From positions 1 to 60,414 of the forward strand of contig JBBEBC010000149.1 in the NCBI GenBank assembly GCA_040882555.1: a stretch of DNA of 60,414 nt, written 5' to 3'. The stretch comes from Bacteroidia bacterium. Lineage in GTDB: Bacteria > Bacteroidota > Bacteroidia > M30B66. Below are positions 50,886 through 60,414 of the stretch, piece by piece; the stretch's first letter is position 1; each line of letters starts with the position of its first letter. The translations under genes and the position numbers were made by a program. A model generated the notes under the pieces. The model was not told where the DNA came from, ran no database searches, and saw nothing but the letters and a program-made list of their open reading frames with translations.

Positions 50886-51443
50886 TTATTTCTTACCTGC
50901 AGCTTTACCGGCTTTACGACGTAGAACTTCGCCAACGAATTTAATACCTTTTCCTTTGTAAGGCTCAGGCTTTCTTAGTGAGCGAATCTTTGCCGCAACC
51001 ATACCAAGTAATTGCTTGTCAGAAGATTTCATTATAATTAAAGGGTTTTTTCCCCTTTCTGTTTTAGTTTCAAGTTGAATTTCTTTAGGCAGCTCTAAAA
51101 CAACGTTATGAGAATAACCTAATGACATTTCAAGCAATTGCCCATTAGCAGCGGCACGGTAACCAACACCAACAAGTTCTTGCTGTGTAGTATAACCTTC
51201 GCTAACTCCTTTAACCATGTTGGCAATTAATGAGCGATATAATCCGTGCTTTGCACGAATATCTTTTTCATCATTTGGACGAGCCACAGATATTGATTCT
51301 GCTTCTATTTTAAAAATAATTGCAGAATCTACTTCCTGATGTAATTCTCCTAGTGGGCCTTTTACCGTTACCTGGTTGCTAGGCGAAACAGAAACTGTAA
51401 CTCCTTTTGGCAAACTTATCGGCATTTTTCCTATTCGTGACAT
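50886..51443 (-). CDS. rplF: 50S ribosomal protein L6
   Basis: MSRIGKMPISLPKGVTV... Confidence 0.97.
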   Translation of the reverse strand: MSRIGKMPISLPKGVTVSVSPSNQVTVKGPLGELHQEVDSAIIFKIEAESISVARPNDEKDIRAKHGLYRSLIANMVKGVSEGYTTQQELVGVGYRAAANGQLLEMSLGYSHNVVLELPKEIQLETKTERGKNPLIIMKSSDKQLLGMVAAKIRSLRKPEPYKGKGIKFVGEVLRRKAGKAAGKK

Positions 51444-51461
51444 TTCTTAAATCTTAATCAA

Positions 51462-51866
51462 TTAATAAACGAAACAAAGAACTTCTCCACCAACATTTTC
51501 TCGGCGAGCTTCCTTATCGGTCATAACACCTTTAGAAGTAGAAATTATAGCAATACCTAAACCGTTGATGACACGTGGAATACTTCCAACATGAACATAT
51601 TTACGAAGACCTGGCTTAGAAACGCGATCTAAAGTACGAATCGCAGGAATCTTTGTAACAGGGTGGTATTTCAAAGCAATTTTAATACTTCCTTGAGGGT
51701 TCTCATTATCAGCATCAATAAACTTGTAGCTAAGGATATAACCTTTGTCAAAAAGAATTTTGGTTATTTCCTTCTTCAGGTTTGAAGATGGAATCTCTAC
51801 AACTCTATGGTTCGCAGTGATTGCGTTGCGCACACGAGTAAGAAAATCAGCTATAGGATCGGTCAT
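51462..51866 (-). CDS. rpsH: 30S ribosomal protein S8
   Basis: MTDPIADFLTRVRNA... Confidence 0.97.
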   Translation of the reverse strand: MTDPIADFLTRVRNAITANHRVVEIPSSNLKKEITKILFDKGYILSYKFIDADNENPQGSIKIALKYHPVTKIPAIRTLDRVSKPGLRKYVHVGSIPRVINGLGIAIISTSKGVMTDKEARRENVGGEVLCFVY

Positions 51867-51899
51867 TTTTGTTTTATTATCAAGTATATTGAATTCAAA

Positions 51900-52169
51900 T
51901 TACCAGCTTGCTTTAGTCACACCTGGGATTTTACCATCAGAAGCCATTTCACGAAATGTAATTCTTGAAAGACCAAATTGACGAATGTATCCTCGTGGAC
52001 GACCAGTTAATTTGCAACGGTTACGTAATCTGATTTTACTAGAATTGCGTGGAAGTTTCTGAAGTCCCACTGAATCACCTGCTGCTTTCAAAGCAGCGCG
52101 CTTTTCAGCATATCTTTCAACCATTTTAGCCCTTTTTACTTCACGGGCTTTCATGCTTTCCTTTGCCAT
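51900..52169 (-). CDS. rpsN: 30S ribosomal protein S14
   Basis: C-terminal [26 protein letters not shown]. Confidence 0.96.
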   Translation of the reverse strand: MAKESMKAREVKRAKMVERYAEKRAALKAAGDSVGLQKLPRNSSKIRLRNRCKLTGRPRGYIRQFGLSRITFREMASDGKIPGVTKASW

Positions 52170-52176
52170 CGGTCGA

Positions 52177-52734
52177 TTATTTTATTTGATTTTTAAATGG
52201 AAGACCAAATTCACGTAAAAGTGAAAAAGCCTCTTTATCTGTTGCGGCATCGGTCACAAATGTTATGTCCATACCCATGATTTTCGATACTTTATCGATA
52301 TTGATTTCTGGAAAAATAATCTGCTCAGTAACTCCTAATGTGTAGTTACCTCTGCCATCAAAACCTTTATCGTTAATCCCACGGAAATCACGAATACGTG
52401 GTAGAGCAACTACTATAAGTCTTTCTAGAAATTCATACATTTTATCACCACGAAGTGTAACACGGCAACCAATAGGAACACCTTTTCTCAACTTGAAGTT
52501 GGAGATATCCTTTTTTGATTTTGTTGCTACAGCCTTCTGTCCGGCAATAGTTGACATCTCAACGATAGCTGAATCGATGAGTTTTTTGTCTGATACTGCA
52601 GATCCAATTCCCTGATTGATACAAATTTTTTCAAGTTTCGGTACTTGCATTACGCTTTTGTAACCGAACTCTTCTTTGAGGGCCAGGGCAATCTCCTTGC
52701 GGTACTTAGTTTTCAGATTGGGTGTATATTCCAT
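52177..52734 (-). CDS. rplE: 50S ribosomal protein L5
   Basis: The ATG at 52732-52734 overlaps the rplX TGA. The track's first codon is GTG, one codon upstream. Confidence 0.95.
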   Translation of the reverse strand: MEYTPNLKTKYRKEIALALKEEFGYKSVMQVPKLEKICINQGIGSAVSDKKLIDSAIVEMSTIAGQKAVATKSKKDISNFKLRKGVPIGCRVTLRGDKMYEFLERLIVVALPRIRDFRGINDKGFDGRGNYTLGVTEQIIFPEINIDKVSKIMGMDITFVTDAATDKEAFSLLREFGLPFKNQIK

Positions 52735-53051
52735 CACTTAATAATCTCTCCGGTTTTTTTGGAATAGCGTGAAAGGACTCCTTTAGCATCAGCCTTGCGA
52801 CCAACTTTTGTAGGTTTCCCATTTGAAGGGTCTATTAACATCAAATTAGAGATGTGAACCGGACCTTCCATTTTAATTATTCCGCCTTGCGGATATTTAG
52901 AACTAGCTTTTGCATGCTTTGATATCATGTTGACACCGGTAACAATAGCGCGCATTTTCTTGGTATCAATTTCACGAACTTCTCCTGCTTGACCTTTAGA
53001 GTCACCAGAAAGAACTGTTACTTTATCACCTTTTTTAATGTGAAGTTTCAT
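52734..53051 (-). CDS. rplX: 50S ribosomal protein L24
   Basis: [21 protein letters not shown] (KOW motif). Confidence 0.96.
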   Translation of the reverse strand: MKLHIKKGDKVTVLSGDSKGQAGEVREIDTKKMRAIVTGVNMISKHAKASSKYPQGGIIKMEGPVHISNLMLIDPSNGKPTKVGRKADAKGVLSRYSKKTGEIIK

Positions 53052-53066
53052 TATTCCGATAGGATA

Positions 53067-53435
53067 TTAAAGCACCTCGGGTGCAAGTGAAACAATTTTC
53101 ATGAACTGCTTTTCGCGAAGTTCACGTGCAACAGGTCCAAAAATACGTGTACCTCTTAACTCGTCGTTATTGTTCAATAACACAACCGCGTTATCGTCGA
53201 AACGAATATAAGAACCGTCTGCACGACGAATTTCCTTCCTTGTGCGAACAACCACAGCTTTAGCAACAGCACCTTTTTTAGCATTTCCTGATGGCAATGC
53301 ATGCTTAACACTTACTACGATTTTATCACCAATAGAAGCATATCTCTTTTTAGTACCTCCAAGTACTCGAATACAGAGAACTTCTTTTGCACCACTGTTA
53401 TCTGCGACAGACAAACGGGATTCCTGTTGTATCAT
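53067..53435 (-). CDS. rplN: 50S ribosomal protein L14
   Basis: [27 protein letters not shown]. Confidence 0.98.
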   Translation of the reverse strand: MIQQESRLSVADNSGAKEVLCIRVLGGTKKRYASIGDKIVVSVKHALPSGNAKKGAVAKAVVVRTRKEIRRADGSYIRFDDNAVVLLNNNDELRGTRIFGPVARELREKQFMKIVSLAPEVL

Positions 53436-53459
53436 GACTTATATCTCTTAGTCTTAAAA

Positions 53460-53723
53460 TTACTTAGCGCGTTCAAGAACTTGTACAAGTCTCCAGCGCT
53501 TATTTTTACTTAGTGGTCTTATCTCACTAATCATCACTGTATCACCAATACCGCAATCATTTTTTTCATCGTGTGCAAAGAACGTTGTAGTTTTCTTCAC
53601 GAACTTACCGTATTTCGGGTGCTTTACCTTACGTTCAACAGAAACAATAATGGTTTTATCCATCTTGTTACTCTTTACTAAACCGATACGTTCCTTACGG
53701 AGATTTCTTTCTGTGGCTTCCAT
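53460..53723 (-). CDS. rpsQ: 30S ribosomal protein S17
   Basis: The start is trimmed to [14 protein letters not shown], whose ATG lies one nucleotide after the rpmC stop. Confidence 0.93.
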   Translation of the reverse strand: MEATERNLRKERIGLVKSNKMDKTIIVSVERKVKHPKYGKFVKKTTTFFAHDEKNDCGIGDTVMISEIRPLSKNKRWRLVQVLERAK

Positions 53724-53724
53724 G

Positions 53725-53937
53725 TTATGCGTTGTTGGAGGCAATTAATTGGATTTCTTTTTTGCGAAGCTCTGTCTTCATTCTTGCAATCGTGCGACGT
53801 GTCTCGCGAATCTTTAAAGGATTCTCAATAGGAGAAACTGTATGATTAAAAACCATCTTTGCCAAAACCTGAGTTTCCTCGACAATTAAGTCTTTCAGTT
53901 CTTCTTGATTTAACTCTAATATCTGTGATTGTTTCAT
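53725..53937 (-). CDS. rpmC: 50S ribosomal protein L29
   Basis: 70 aa with L29-like LKDL...ELRKK sequence, in the expected operon position. Confidence 0.93.
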   Translation of the reverse strand: MKQSQILELNQEELKDLIVEETQVLAKMVFNHTVSPIENPLKIRETRRTIARMKTELRKKEIQLIASNNA

Positions 53938-53942
53938 GATTG

Positions 53943-54371
53943 TCAGATAGTTTCTTCAACGTAGTCTCTGCGTACTACAAATTTTGTTGTTATCGGAAGC
54001 TTTTGAGCAGCTAAACGAAGAGCTTCTTTAGCTATCTCCATTGGAACTCCTTCCGCTTCGAAAATGATCGTTCCTGGCTTAACAACAGCTACCCAATATT
54101 CTGGAGCTCCTTTACCCTTACCCATACGAACCTCGGCTGGTTTTTTGGTAATTGGTTTGTCAGGAAAAACGCGAATCCAAATCTGGCCTTCACGCTTCAT
54201 GTATCTTGTTACAGCAATACGAGCCGCTTCAATTTGTCTGGCAGTCATCCAAACACCTTCATTCGCTTTGATGCCAAAGGAACCAAATGCTAACTCATGT
54301 CCACGAGTTGCATTGCCCTTCATCTTCATCTTATGTTGCTTCCTGTACTTCGTACGTTTCGGCTGTAACAT
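53943..54371 (-). CDS. rplP: 50S ribosomal protein L16
   Basis: [14 protein letters not shown]... Confidence 0.98.
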   Translation of the reverse strand: MLQPKRTKYRKQHKMKMKGNATRGHELAFGSFGIKANEGVWMTARQIEAARIAVTRYMKREGQIWIRVFPDKPITKKPAEVRMGKGKGAPEYWVAVVKPGTIIFEAEGVPMEIAKEALRLAAQKLPITTKFVVRRDYVEETI

Positions 54372-54461
54372 CGGTATTTCGTTTTATAATCGTGTGATAA
54401 TGCTTTCCCAGTTTACTTATTAGCAATCTTTTGTTTACAAAGCCTGCTATTTTGGGGACGG

Positions 54462-54469
54462 CAAAGATA
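54462..54469 (-). promoter_or_regulatory. Candidate Bacteroidota -7 promoter box (TATCTTTG, matching TAnnTTTG), ~90 nt upstream of rplP
   Basis: A motif match on the minus strand, downstream of the terminator at 54602-54633. I did not find a convincing -33 TTG. Confidence 0.3.
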
Positions 54470-54601
54470 GTAAGTTGTTTTTTATTTCCAACAGCTCAAA
54501 CTAAAAAAAATTAACCCTTAATCGTCAACAGCACTATTATTGATCCAATATGCTGATTATCAGGATATAATATCTTCACTATTCTCCTTGTTTTCTGTCA
54601 C

Positions 54602-54633
54602 AAAAAAGGGGAAACTTGAAAGTTTCCCCTTTT
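54602..54633 (-). terminator. Strong intrinsic terminator immediately after rpsC, inside the S10 operon
   Basis: Perfect 9-bp stem GGGGAAACT/AGTTTCCCC with a 4-nt loop. On the minus strand it is followed by TTTTTT. It starts 16 nt after the rpsC stop. Confidence 0.7.
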
Positions 54634-54648
54634 AAAGTGCTCTAAATG

Positions 54649-55377
54649 TTATTTACCTCTGCGGCGTCCGCCTCTGCGATCTCCTCCACCTTGGTTAGAA
54701 TTACCTCCAGATTTCTGAGCGGCCATTCCAATATTAGGCGATAAATCACGCTTTCCAAAAATTTCACCTTTACAGATCCATACCTTGACACCAATTCTAC
54801 CATAGGTAGTATGTGCTTCAGAAAGAGCATAATCAATATCAGCTCTTAATGTATGTAATGGAGTTCTTCCTTCCTTATATCCTTCTGTTCTTGCCATTTC
54901 AGCACCACCCAGACGACCACTGCATTTTGTTTTGATACCTTCAGCCCCCATTCTCATGGTTGAGGCGATAGAAGTCTTCATTGCACGACGGAAAGAAATT
55001 CTTCCTTCTAACTGACGAGCAATACCATCAGCAACTAAACGAGCATCTAATTCCGGACGTTTAATTTCAAAAATATTGATTTGAACTTCCTTTTTAGTAA
55101 GCTTTTTAAGCTCTTCTTTAAGCTTATCAACTTCTTGACCACCCTTACCGATAATAATACCTGGACGAGCCGTATTAATTGTAACGGTTACTAATTTCAG
55201 TGTACGCTCAATAATAATTCTTGATACACTTGCCTTTGTTAAACGAGCAGTCAAATAGTTGCGGATCTTATGATCCTCTAACAACTTGTCGGCGTAGTTA
55301 CGACCTCCGTACCAGTTGGAGTCCCAGCCACGAACTATGCCCAAACGAAGAGCAATTGGATTACATTTTTGTCCCAT
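54649..55377 (-). CDS. rpsC: 30S ribosomal protein S3 (with an RGG-rich C-terminal tail)
   Basis: [20 protein letters not shown]... Confidence 0.98.
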   Translation of the reverse strand: MGQKCNPIALRLGIVRGWDSNWYGGRNYADKLLEDHKIRNYLTARLTKASVSRIIIERTLKLVTVTINTARPGIIIGKGGQEVDKLKEELKKLTKKEVQINIFEIKRPELDARLVADGIARQLEGRISFRRAMKTSIASTMRMGAEGIKTKCSGRLGGAEMARTEGYKEGRTPLHTLRADIDYALSEAHTTYGRIGVKVWICKGEIFGKRDLSPNIGMAAQKSGGNSNQGGGDRRGGRRRGK

Positions 55378-55404
55378 AAATAGGTTGTATTATTCTAAAG
55401 ATTA

Positions 55405-55812
55405 TTAATTAGCTTCTACTGTTTTAGAGTCAAGTATCAAAGTCACGTGATTAGAACGCTTACGAATTCTGTAACCTCTTCCCTGCGGAGCAGGACGAAG
55501 ACGCTTCAACATACGAGCTCCATCAACTTTGATTTCTTTGATGAAAACATTACTGTCTTCAAGTCTTTTACCTTCATTCTTTGCTTGCCAATTGGCGATA
55601 GCTGAAAGTAAAAGCTTCTCTACACGAATAGCTGCTTCTTTGTTTGTATACTTTAAAATTGAAAGAGCCTGTTCTACTCCAACACCTCTTACAAGGTCTA
55701 CTACAAGGCGCATTTTACGCGGTGAAGTTGGACAGTTATTCAATTTGGCGAATGCGATTGTGCGCCTCTCGGCCTTAAGTGCATCTGCACGGAGTTTTTT
55801 TCTGGCTCCCAT
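55405..55812 (-). CDS. rplV: 50S ribosomal protein L22
   Basis: 135 aa in the expected operon position, with the sequence [14 protein letters not shown]. Confidence 0.96.
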   Translation of the reverse strand: MGARKKLRADALKAERRTIAFAKLNNCPTSPRKMRLVVDLVRGVGVEQALSILKYTNKEAAIRVEKLLLSAIANWQAKNEGKRLEDSNVFIKEIKVDGARMLKRLRPAPQGRGYRIRKRSNHVTLILDSKTVEAN

Positions 55813-55840
55813 TTTATTTTTTATAAAGAACGATTAGCAA

Positions 55841-56122
55841 TTATTTTCTACCCTTATCTTTTCTGTTACCAGCGTGACCGCGATAAGTCCTAGTAGGTGC
55901 AAATTCACCTAACTTATGACCCACCATGTTTTCTGTAACATACACAGGGATGAATTTATTTCCGTTATGAACGGCGATAGTTTGTCCAACAAAATCCGGA
56001 GAAATCATTGAACGACGTGCCCAAGTTTTAATCACAGATTTCTTACCTGATTCAATCAAGGTGAAAACCTTGCGCTCAAGTTTATAATCGATAAATGGAC
56101 CTTTTTTTAGTGAACGGCTCAT
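55841..56122 (-). CDS. rpsS: 30S ribosomal protein S19
   Basis: [15 protein letters not shown]... Confidence 0.98.
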   Translation of the reverse strand: MSRSLKKGPFIDYKLERKVFTLIESGKKSVIKTWARRSMISPDFVGQTIAVHNGNKFIPVYVTENMVGHKLGEFAPTRTYRGHAGNRKDKGRK

Positions 56123-56150
56123 GAATTTTAAATCTCAGTGTTGAACAATC

Positions 56151-56975
56151 TTATTTTTTACGACGCTCGATAATGTGCTTCGAACTACTTTTCTTTGGGT
56201 AACGAGTCTTATATCCTTTAGCTGGAATACCGTTACGGCTGCGTGGATGACCTCCAGAAGAACGTCCTTCACCACCACCCATTGGGTGATCGACTGGGTT
56301 CATAGAAACACCACGATTTCTTGGACGACGACCTAACCAGCGACTACGACCAGCTTTACCTGAACGCACTAGACGGTGATCTCCATTTGATACTGTTCCA
56401 ATAACGGCCATGCAAGTCCCAAGAATCATTCTTGTTTCACCAGAAGGTAATTTGATGATTGCATATTTACCATCCTTAGCAGCAAGTTGTGCAGAAACTC
56501 CAGCAGAACGAACTAAACAAGCTCCTTGACCTGGCCTAAGCTCAATATGATGAATCATAGAACCTAGTGGAATATCCTTAAGACAAAGTGCGTTACCTGG
56601 CTCAATTGCCGCTTTAGTACCTGACATAACTGTCATTCCAACTTCTAAACCTGCTGGTGCAAGAATATATCTCTTTTCACCATCAGCATATTGAAGTAAA
56701 GCAATTCTTGCAGAACGATTTGGGTCATATTCGATAGTTACCACTTTTGCAGGAACATCATGCTTATCTCTTTTAAAATCAATAAGACGATATCTCTGTT
56801 TGTGACCTCCACCTATATAACGCATGGTCATTTTACCTGAGTGATTTCTACCACCAGATTTATTATGCTTAACCATAAGAGACTTCTCAGGCTCATTCGT
56901 GGTTATATCACTATACGTATCGGCTACCTTAAATCTGGTGCCGGGAGTGATTGGATTGAATTTTTTAAGTCCCAT
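56151..56975 (-). CDS. rplB: 50S ribosomal protein L2
   Basis: Contains the [23 protein letters not shown] motif. Confidence 0.98.
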   Translation of the reverse strand: MGLKKFNPITPGTRFKVADTYSDITTNEPEKSLMVKHNKSGGRNHSGKMTMRYIGGGHKQRYRLIDFKRDKHDVPAKVVTIEYDPNRSARIALLQYADGEKRYILAPAGLEVGMTVMSGTKAAIEPGNALCLKDIPLGSMIHHIELRPGQGACLVRSAGVSAQLAAKDGKYAIIKLPSGETRMILGTCMAVIGTVSNGDHRLVRSGKAGRSRWLGRRPRNRGVSMNPVDHPMGGGEGRSSGGHPRSRNGIPAKGYKTRYPKKSSSKHIIERRKK

Positions 56976-56981
56976 TTCTTA

Positions 56982-57272
56982 TCAAACGTTACTGTAAAAG
57001 TCAATGGTATCGCCTTCTGCAAGAGAAACGATTGCTTTCTTACAACGACCTGTAAGGCCACTGTTGATACCACTTTTCGTATTACGTGTTTTTACTTTGC
57101 CGATGTATCTCATTGTACGCACCGACTCTACATTTACTCCATAAAGCTGTTCGACAGCCTTTTTGATTTCAACCTTATTGGATTCCAAATGAACCACAAA
57201 ACCGTAGCGGTTCATCTTTTCAGTAAGGCCACTCATCTTTTCTGTGATGATAGGTTTGATGATGATACTCAT
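56982..57272 (-). CDS. rplW: 50S ribosomal protein L23
   Basis: 96 aa in the expected operon position, starting IIKPIITEK. Confidence 0.95.
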   Translation of the reverse strand: MSIIIKPIITEKMSGLTEKMNRYGFVVHLESNKVEIKKAVEQLYGVNVESVRTMRYIGKVKTRNTKSGINSGLTGRCKKAIVSLAEGDTIDFYSNV

Positions 57273-57273
57273 T

Positions 57274-57906
57274 TTAGTTTTGTGTTAAAAGGTTCTCAAT
57301 AGTTGCCATTGACTTTTCTAAAATCACAAGAGAACTTGCATTTAAGATGTCATAGGTGTTTAAATCACTTGCCACTACAACTTTACTTCTTTCAATATTT
57401 CTTGAAGATAAGTAAATTGCACTGTTTTGCTCAGGAATAACAAATAATGTTTTCTTTCCTGTGAGGTTAAGGTTCTTAATAACTCCAACAAAATTCTTTG
57501 TTGATGGAGCATCCATAGAAATACCTTCTAAAAGAACAATACCATTTTCCTTTGCCTTATAAGCTAAAGCCGACTTTCTCGCCAATTGCTTAACTTTCTT
57601 ATTCAATGCGAAAGAATAATTTCTTGGACGAGGTCCGAAAATACGTCCACCACCTACAAAAAGAGGTGATTTAATACTTCCTGCACGAGCTCCTCCTGTT
57701 CCTTTCTGACGCTTAATCTTGCGCGTTGAATGGTTTATTTCGGCTCTTTCTTTCGACTTATGAGTACCCTGGCGACGATTAGCAAGTATTTGCTTAACAT
57801 CAAGGTAAATCGCATGGTCGTTTGGTTCAATACCGAAAATAGAGCTATCCAGCTTTACTTTGCGGCCGGTCTCCTGACCGTTTGAATTTAATACTACAAG
57901 TTCCAT
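57274..57906 (-). CDS. rplD: 50S ribosomal protein L4
   Basis: The start is trimmed to [10 protein letters not shown], whose ATG lies one nucleotide after the rplC stop. Confidence 0.94.
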   Translation of the reverse strand: MELVVLNSNGQETGRKVKLDSSIFGIEPNDHAIYLDVKQILANRRQGTHKSKERAEINHSTRKIKRQKGTGGARAGSIKSPLFVGGGRIFGPRPRNYSFALNKKVKQLARKSALAYKAKENGIVLLEGISMDAPSTKNFVGVIKNLNLTGKKTLFVIPEQNSAIYLSSRNIERSKVVVASDLNTYDILNASSLVILEKSMATIENLLTQN

Positions 57907-57907
57907 G

Positions 57908-58525
57908 TTACTTTTCAATCATTACGTAAGAACCTTTAGGACCAGGAATTGCACCTTGAACAACGATAAGATTCTGCTCTGGTAAAACTTTCAAAACGAT
58001 TAAGTTTTGCACTTTAACTCGGCCTCCGCCAGTTTGTCCCGCCATACGCATTCCTTTGAATACGCGTGAAGGATAAGAAGATGCACCTAAGGAACCTGGA
58101 GCACGCAATCTGTTGTGCTGACCGTGAGTACCCATACCAACACCACTAAAGTTGTGTCGCTTAACTACACCCTGGAAACCTTTTCCTTTTGAATTGCCAA
58201 TCACATCAACATATTCACCTTCATTAAAAAGATCAACAGTGATTGTTTCTCCAAGATTACGCTCTGTTTCAAAGAAACGGAACTCTGCTACCCTACGCTT
58301 TGGACCAGTAGACGCTTTCTTAAAGTGTCCCTGCATTGCTGAAGAGGTATGCTTCTCTTTTTTGTCGTCAAACGCCAGCTGAACTGCGCTATAACCATCA
58401 GACTCGATGGTTTTTACTTGCGTAACTATGCAAGGACCGGCCTCTATAATTGTGCATGGTACGTTCTTACCAGCGGCACTAAAGATGCTAGTCATTCCGA
58501 TTTTTTTTCCGATTAGACCTGACAT
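57908..58525 (-). CDS. rplC: 50S ribosomal protein L3
   Basis: [15 protein letters not shown]... Confidence 0.98.
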   Translation of the reverse strand: MSGLIGKKIGMTSIFSAAGKNVPCTIIEAGPCIVTQVKTIESDGYSAVQLAFDDKKEKHTSSAMQGHFKKASTGPKRRVAEFRFFETERNLGETITVDLFNEGEYVDVIGNSKGKGFQGVVKRHNFSGVGMGTHGQHNRLRAPGSLGASSYPSRVFKGMRMAGQTGGGRVKVQNLIVLKVLPEQNLIVVQGAIPGPKGSYVMIEK

Positions 58526-58561
58526 TTTATATTAATTGTTACTATTCAATTTTTCCTGACA

Positions 58562-58867
58562 CTAAACTTTGATCTCAACTTCAACACCACTTGGAAGTTC
58601 AAGCTTCATTAAAGCATCTACAGTTTTTGATGTTGTGCTGTAGATATCCAATAAGCGCTTATATGCACAAAGCTGAAATTGCTCCCTTGCTTTCTTGTTA
58701 ACATGTGGAGACCTTAGTACAGTGTAAATCTTTTTGTTTGTTGGAAGTGGGATTGGACCACTAACTACAGCTCCGGTAGATTTTACCGTTTTTACAATTT
58801 TCTCAGCCGATTTGTCTACTAGATTGTAATCGTACGACTTGAGCTTGATTCTGATTTTCTGACTCAT
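58562..58867 (-). CDS. rpsJ: 30S ribosomal protein S10
   Basis: [20 protein letters not shown]... Confidence 0.98.
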   Translation of the reverse strand: MSQKIRIKLKSYDYNLVDKSAEKIVKTVKSTGAVVSGPIPLPTNKKIYTVLRSPHVNKKAREQFQLCAYKRLLDIYSTTSKTVDALMKLELPSGVEVEIKV

Positions 58868-58888
58868 TTGGAGTATATAAAGAACGAA

Positions 58889-60414
58889 TTAAACAGATGC
58901 TGTTTTACCTTTTGCTTTTGATATTACCTCTTCCGAAACTTGACGTGGTGCCTCCGCATAATGAGAAGGTTCCATAGTTGAAGTTGCTCTACCTGAGGAA
59001 ATGGTTCTTAATGTTGTAACATATCCGAACATTTCACTTAGAGGAACTTTAGCACGAATAACCTGTGCACCAGCACGACTATCCATTCCTTCTAACTGAC
59101 CACGACGTTTGTTAAGGTCACCGATGATGTCTCCCATGTAATCTTCAGGAGTAAGCACTTCAACCTTCATGATTGGCTCAAGAAGAATTGGCTTAGCCTT
59201 AGGAAGTGCTTCACGGAAAGCTGATCTAGCACAAATCTCAAATGATAGAGAGTCGGAGTCAACTGCGTGATATGAACCGTCAGAAAGTGTAACCTTCAAA
59301 CTATCCATTGTAAATCCTGCAAGAACACCATTTTGCATTGCACTCTTGAAACCTTTCTCTACAGATGGGATATATTCACGTGGAATGTTACCTCCAACTA
59401 CCTGATTTTCGAAAGTAAGACCTTCCTTACCTTCTTCAGCAGGAGAAATTGTAACAACGATATCGGCAAATTTACCACGGCCACCAGTTTGCTTCTTATA
59501 AATCTCACGGTGAGTTACAGTGCCAGTGATAGCTTCTTTATAGTTAACCTGAGGCGCTCCTTGGTTACATTCAACCTTGAATTCTCTCTTCAATCTGTCA
59601 AGAATAATCTCAAGGTGAAGCTCACCCATACCGCTAATAATTGTTTGTCCTGAATCTTCGTCAGTTTTAACACGGAACGTTGGATCTTCCTCTGCTAGCT
59701 TTGATAATGCCATTCCAAGTTTATCAACATCAGCTTGAGTTTTAGGCTCAATAGCGATACCAATAACCGGATCAGGGAAATTCATTGATTCTAGAACGAT
59801 AGGATGCTTTTCATCACAAAGTGTATCACCTGTCTTAATATCCTTGAAACCAACTGCTGCACCAATATCTCCAGCTTCGATATAATCAATTGCATTTTGC
59901 TTATTTGCATGCATCTGGAAGATACGGCTAATACGCTCTTTGTTTCCACTTCTAGTGTTTAAAACATAAGAACCCGCATCAAGTCTTCCTGAATAAGAAC
60001 GGAAGAAACAAAGACGACCAACAAATGGATCTGTTGCAATTTTAAATGCTAATGCAGCAAATGGTCCTTTAGGATCCGGGCGACGTGAAATTTCTTCTCC
60101 TGTGTCAGGATGAGTTCCTTTGATATTTTCTCTGTCTAATGGACTTGGCATCAACTCCATTACAAGATCAAGCATAGTTTGAACACCTTTATTTTTGAAA
60201 GATGATCCACAAACCATTGGAACAATTTTATTTGCAAGACAAGCCTGACGAAGCGCTCCAAGAATTTCTGCCTCCGAAATAGACTCAGGATCTTCAAAGA
60301 ACTTTTCCATTAAGGAATCGTCATACTCTGCAATTTCTTCAAGTAACTTTCCTCTCCACTCTGTTGCCTCTTCAATAAGGTCATCAGGAATTGGAACAAT
60401 ATTGAAAGTCATAC
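58889..60414 (-). CDS. fusA: Elongation factor G (C-terminal ~507 aa; the N-terminus lies beyond the right window edge)
   Basis: EF-G domain II-V motifs such as [16 protein letters not shown]. The open frame runs off the window. Confidence 0.97.
   Translation of the reverse strand, partial: MTFNIVPIPDDLIEEATEWRGKLLEEIAEYDDSLMEKFFEDPESISEAEILGALRQACLANKIVPMVCGSSFKNKGVQTMLDLVMELMPSPLDRENIKGTHPDTGEEISRRPDPKGPFAALAFKIATDPFVGRLCFFRSYSGRLDAGSYVLNTRSGNKERISRIFQMHANKQNAIDYIEAGDIGAAVGFKDIKTGDTLCDEKHPIVLESMNFPDPVIGIAIEPKTQADVDKLGMALSKLAEEDPTFRVKTDEDSGQTIISGMGELHLEIILDRLKREFKVECNQGAPQVNYKEAITGTVTHREIYKKQTGGRGKFADIVVTISPAEEGKEGLTFENQVVGGNIPREYIPSVEKGFKSAMQNGVLAGFTMDSLKVTLSDGSYHAVDSDSLSFEICARSAFREALPKAKPILLEPIMKVEVLTPEDYMGDIIGDLNKRRGQLEGMDSRAGAQVIRAKVPLSEMFGYVTTLRTISSGRATSTMEPSHYAEAPRQVSEEVISKAKGKTASV

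Noticed and set aside
54064-54423. 119-aa plus-strand ORF. Similar plus-strand ORFs lie inside the ribosomal cluster: 46525-46746, 47313-47525, 48664-48918, 50626-50961, 51745-51981, 53242-53513, 55529-55837, 56841-57302, 58152-58382 and 59333-59653.
   Set aside because: All lie antisense to unambiguous ribosomal, secY, map or fusA genes, and none has a recognisable motif.
54500-54568. 22-aa minus-strand ORF (GTG start preceded by AAGGAG; MKILYPDNQHIGSIIVLLTIKG) in the rpsC-rplP spacer
   Set aside because: It is very short and has a non-ATG start. Bacteroidota rarely use Shine-Dalgarno sequences, and I cannot assess its conservation here. I mention it only as something to check if the spacer turns out to be conserved.

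Overview
AT-rich chromosomal segment from a Bacteroidota organism, probably Flavobacteriia-like. Support for this: several proteins end in type IX secretion (T9SS) C-terminal sorting domains, there are TAnnTTTG-type -7 promoter motifs, ribosomal proteins carry Bacteroidota-style tails, and there is little Shine-Dalgarno signal. I cannot name the species from sequence alone.

Layout:
(i) 1-1430: a small accessory hotspot at tRNA-Asn. It holds tandem GIY-YIG nuclease genes. One is split by a 758-bp cassette that carries a DUF433/DUF5615 toxin-antitoxin-like pair.
(ii) 1.5-36.9 kb: mostly housekeeping genes (MsbA-like ABC exporter, rbfA, LolE-like permease, pheS, an Mqn-family radical SAM enzyme, rnhB, rpsT, tRNA-Glu, mtaB, lgt, an IMPase, msrA, rdgB, dedA, gltA). 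These are interleaved with secreted or outer-membrane proteins: two M43 metalloproteases, a PKD protein, a large T9SS cargo protein, a WG-repeat protein, two OmpA-family proteins and an orphan OmpR-type response regulator.
(iii) 37.1-41.2 kb: a four-gene amino-sugar / polyprenyl-phosphate / GT-C-like glycan-modification module, wedged between gltA and eno.
(iv) 41.2-60.4 kb, all on the minus strand: fusA (partial), then the S10-spc-alpha ribosomal supercluster through rplQ, then carA and eno. rpmJ and rpmD are missing from the ORF track and I recovered them by hand.

I found no rRNA genes, CRISPR array, transposase or integrase. The window contains no obvious large novel system.

The observations most worth a second look are:
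- the tRNA-Asn/GIY-YIG array and the toxin-antitoxin-like cassette bounded by a target-site-duplication-like repeat;
- a ~116-nt conserved element present twice, in opposite orientation, 32 kb apart;
- the Arn-like glycan module, whose GT-C-like gene is translationally coupled to eno;
- a 277-bp spacer containing a terminator that interrupts the S10 operon between rpsC and rplP.
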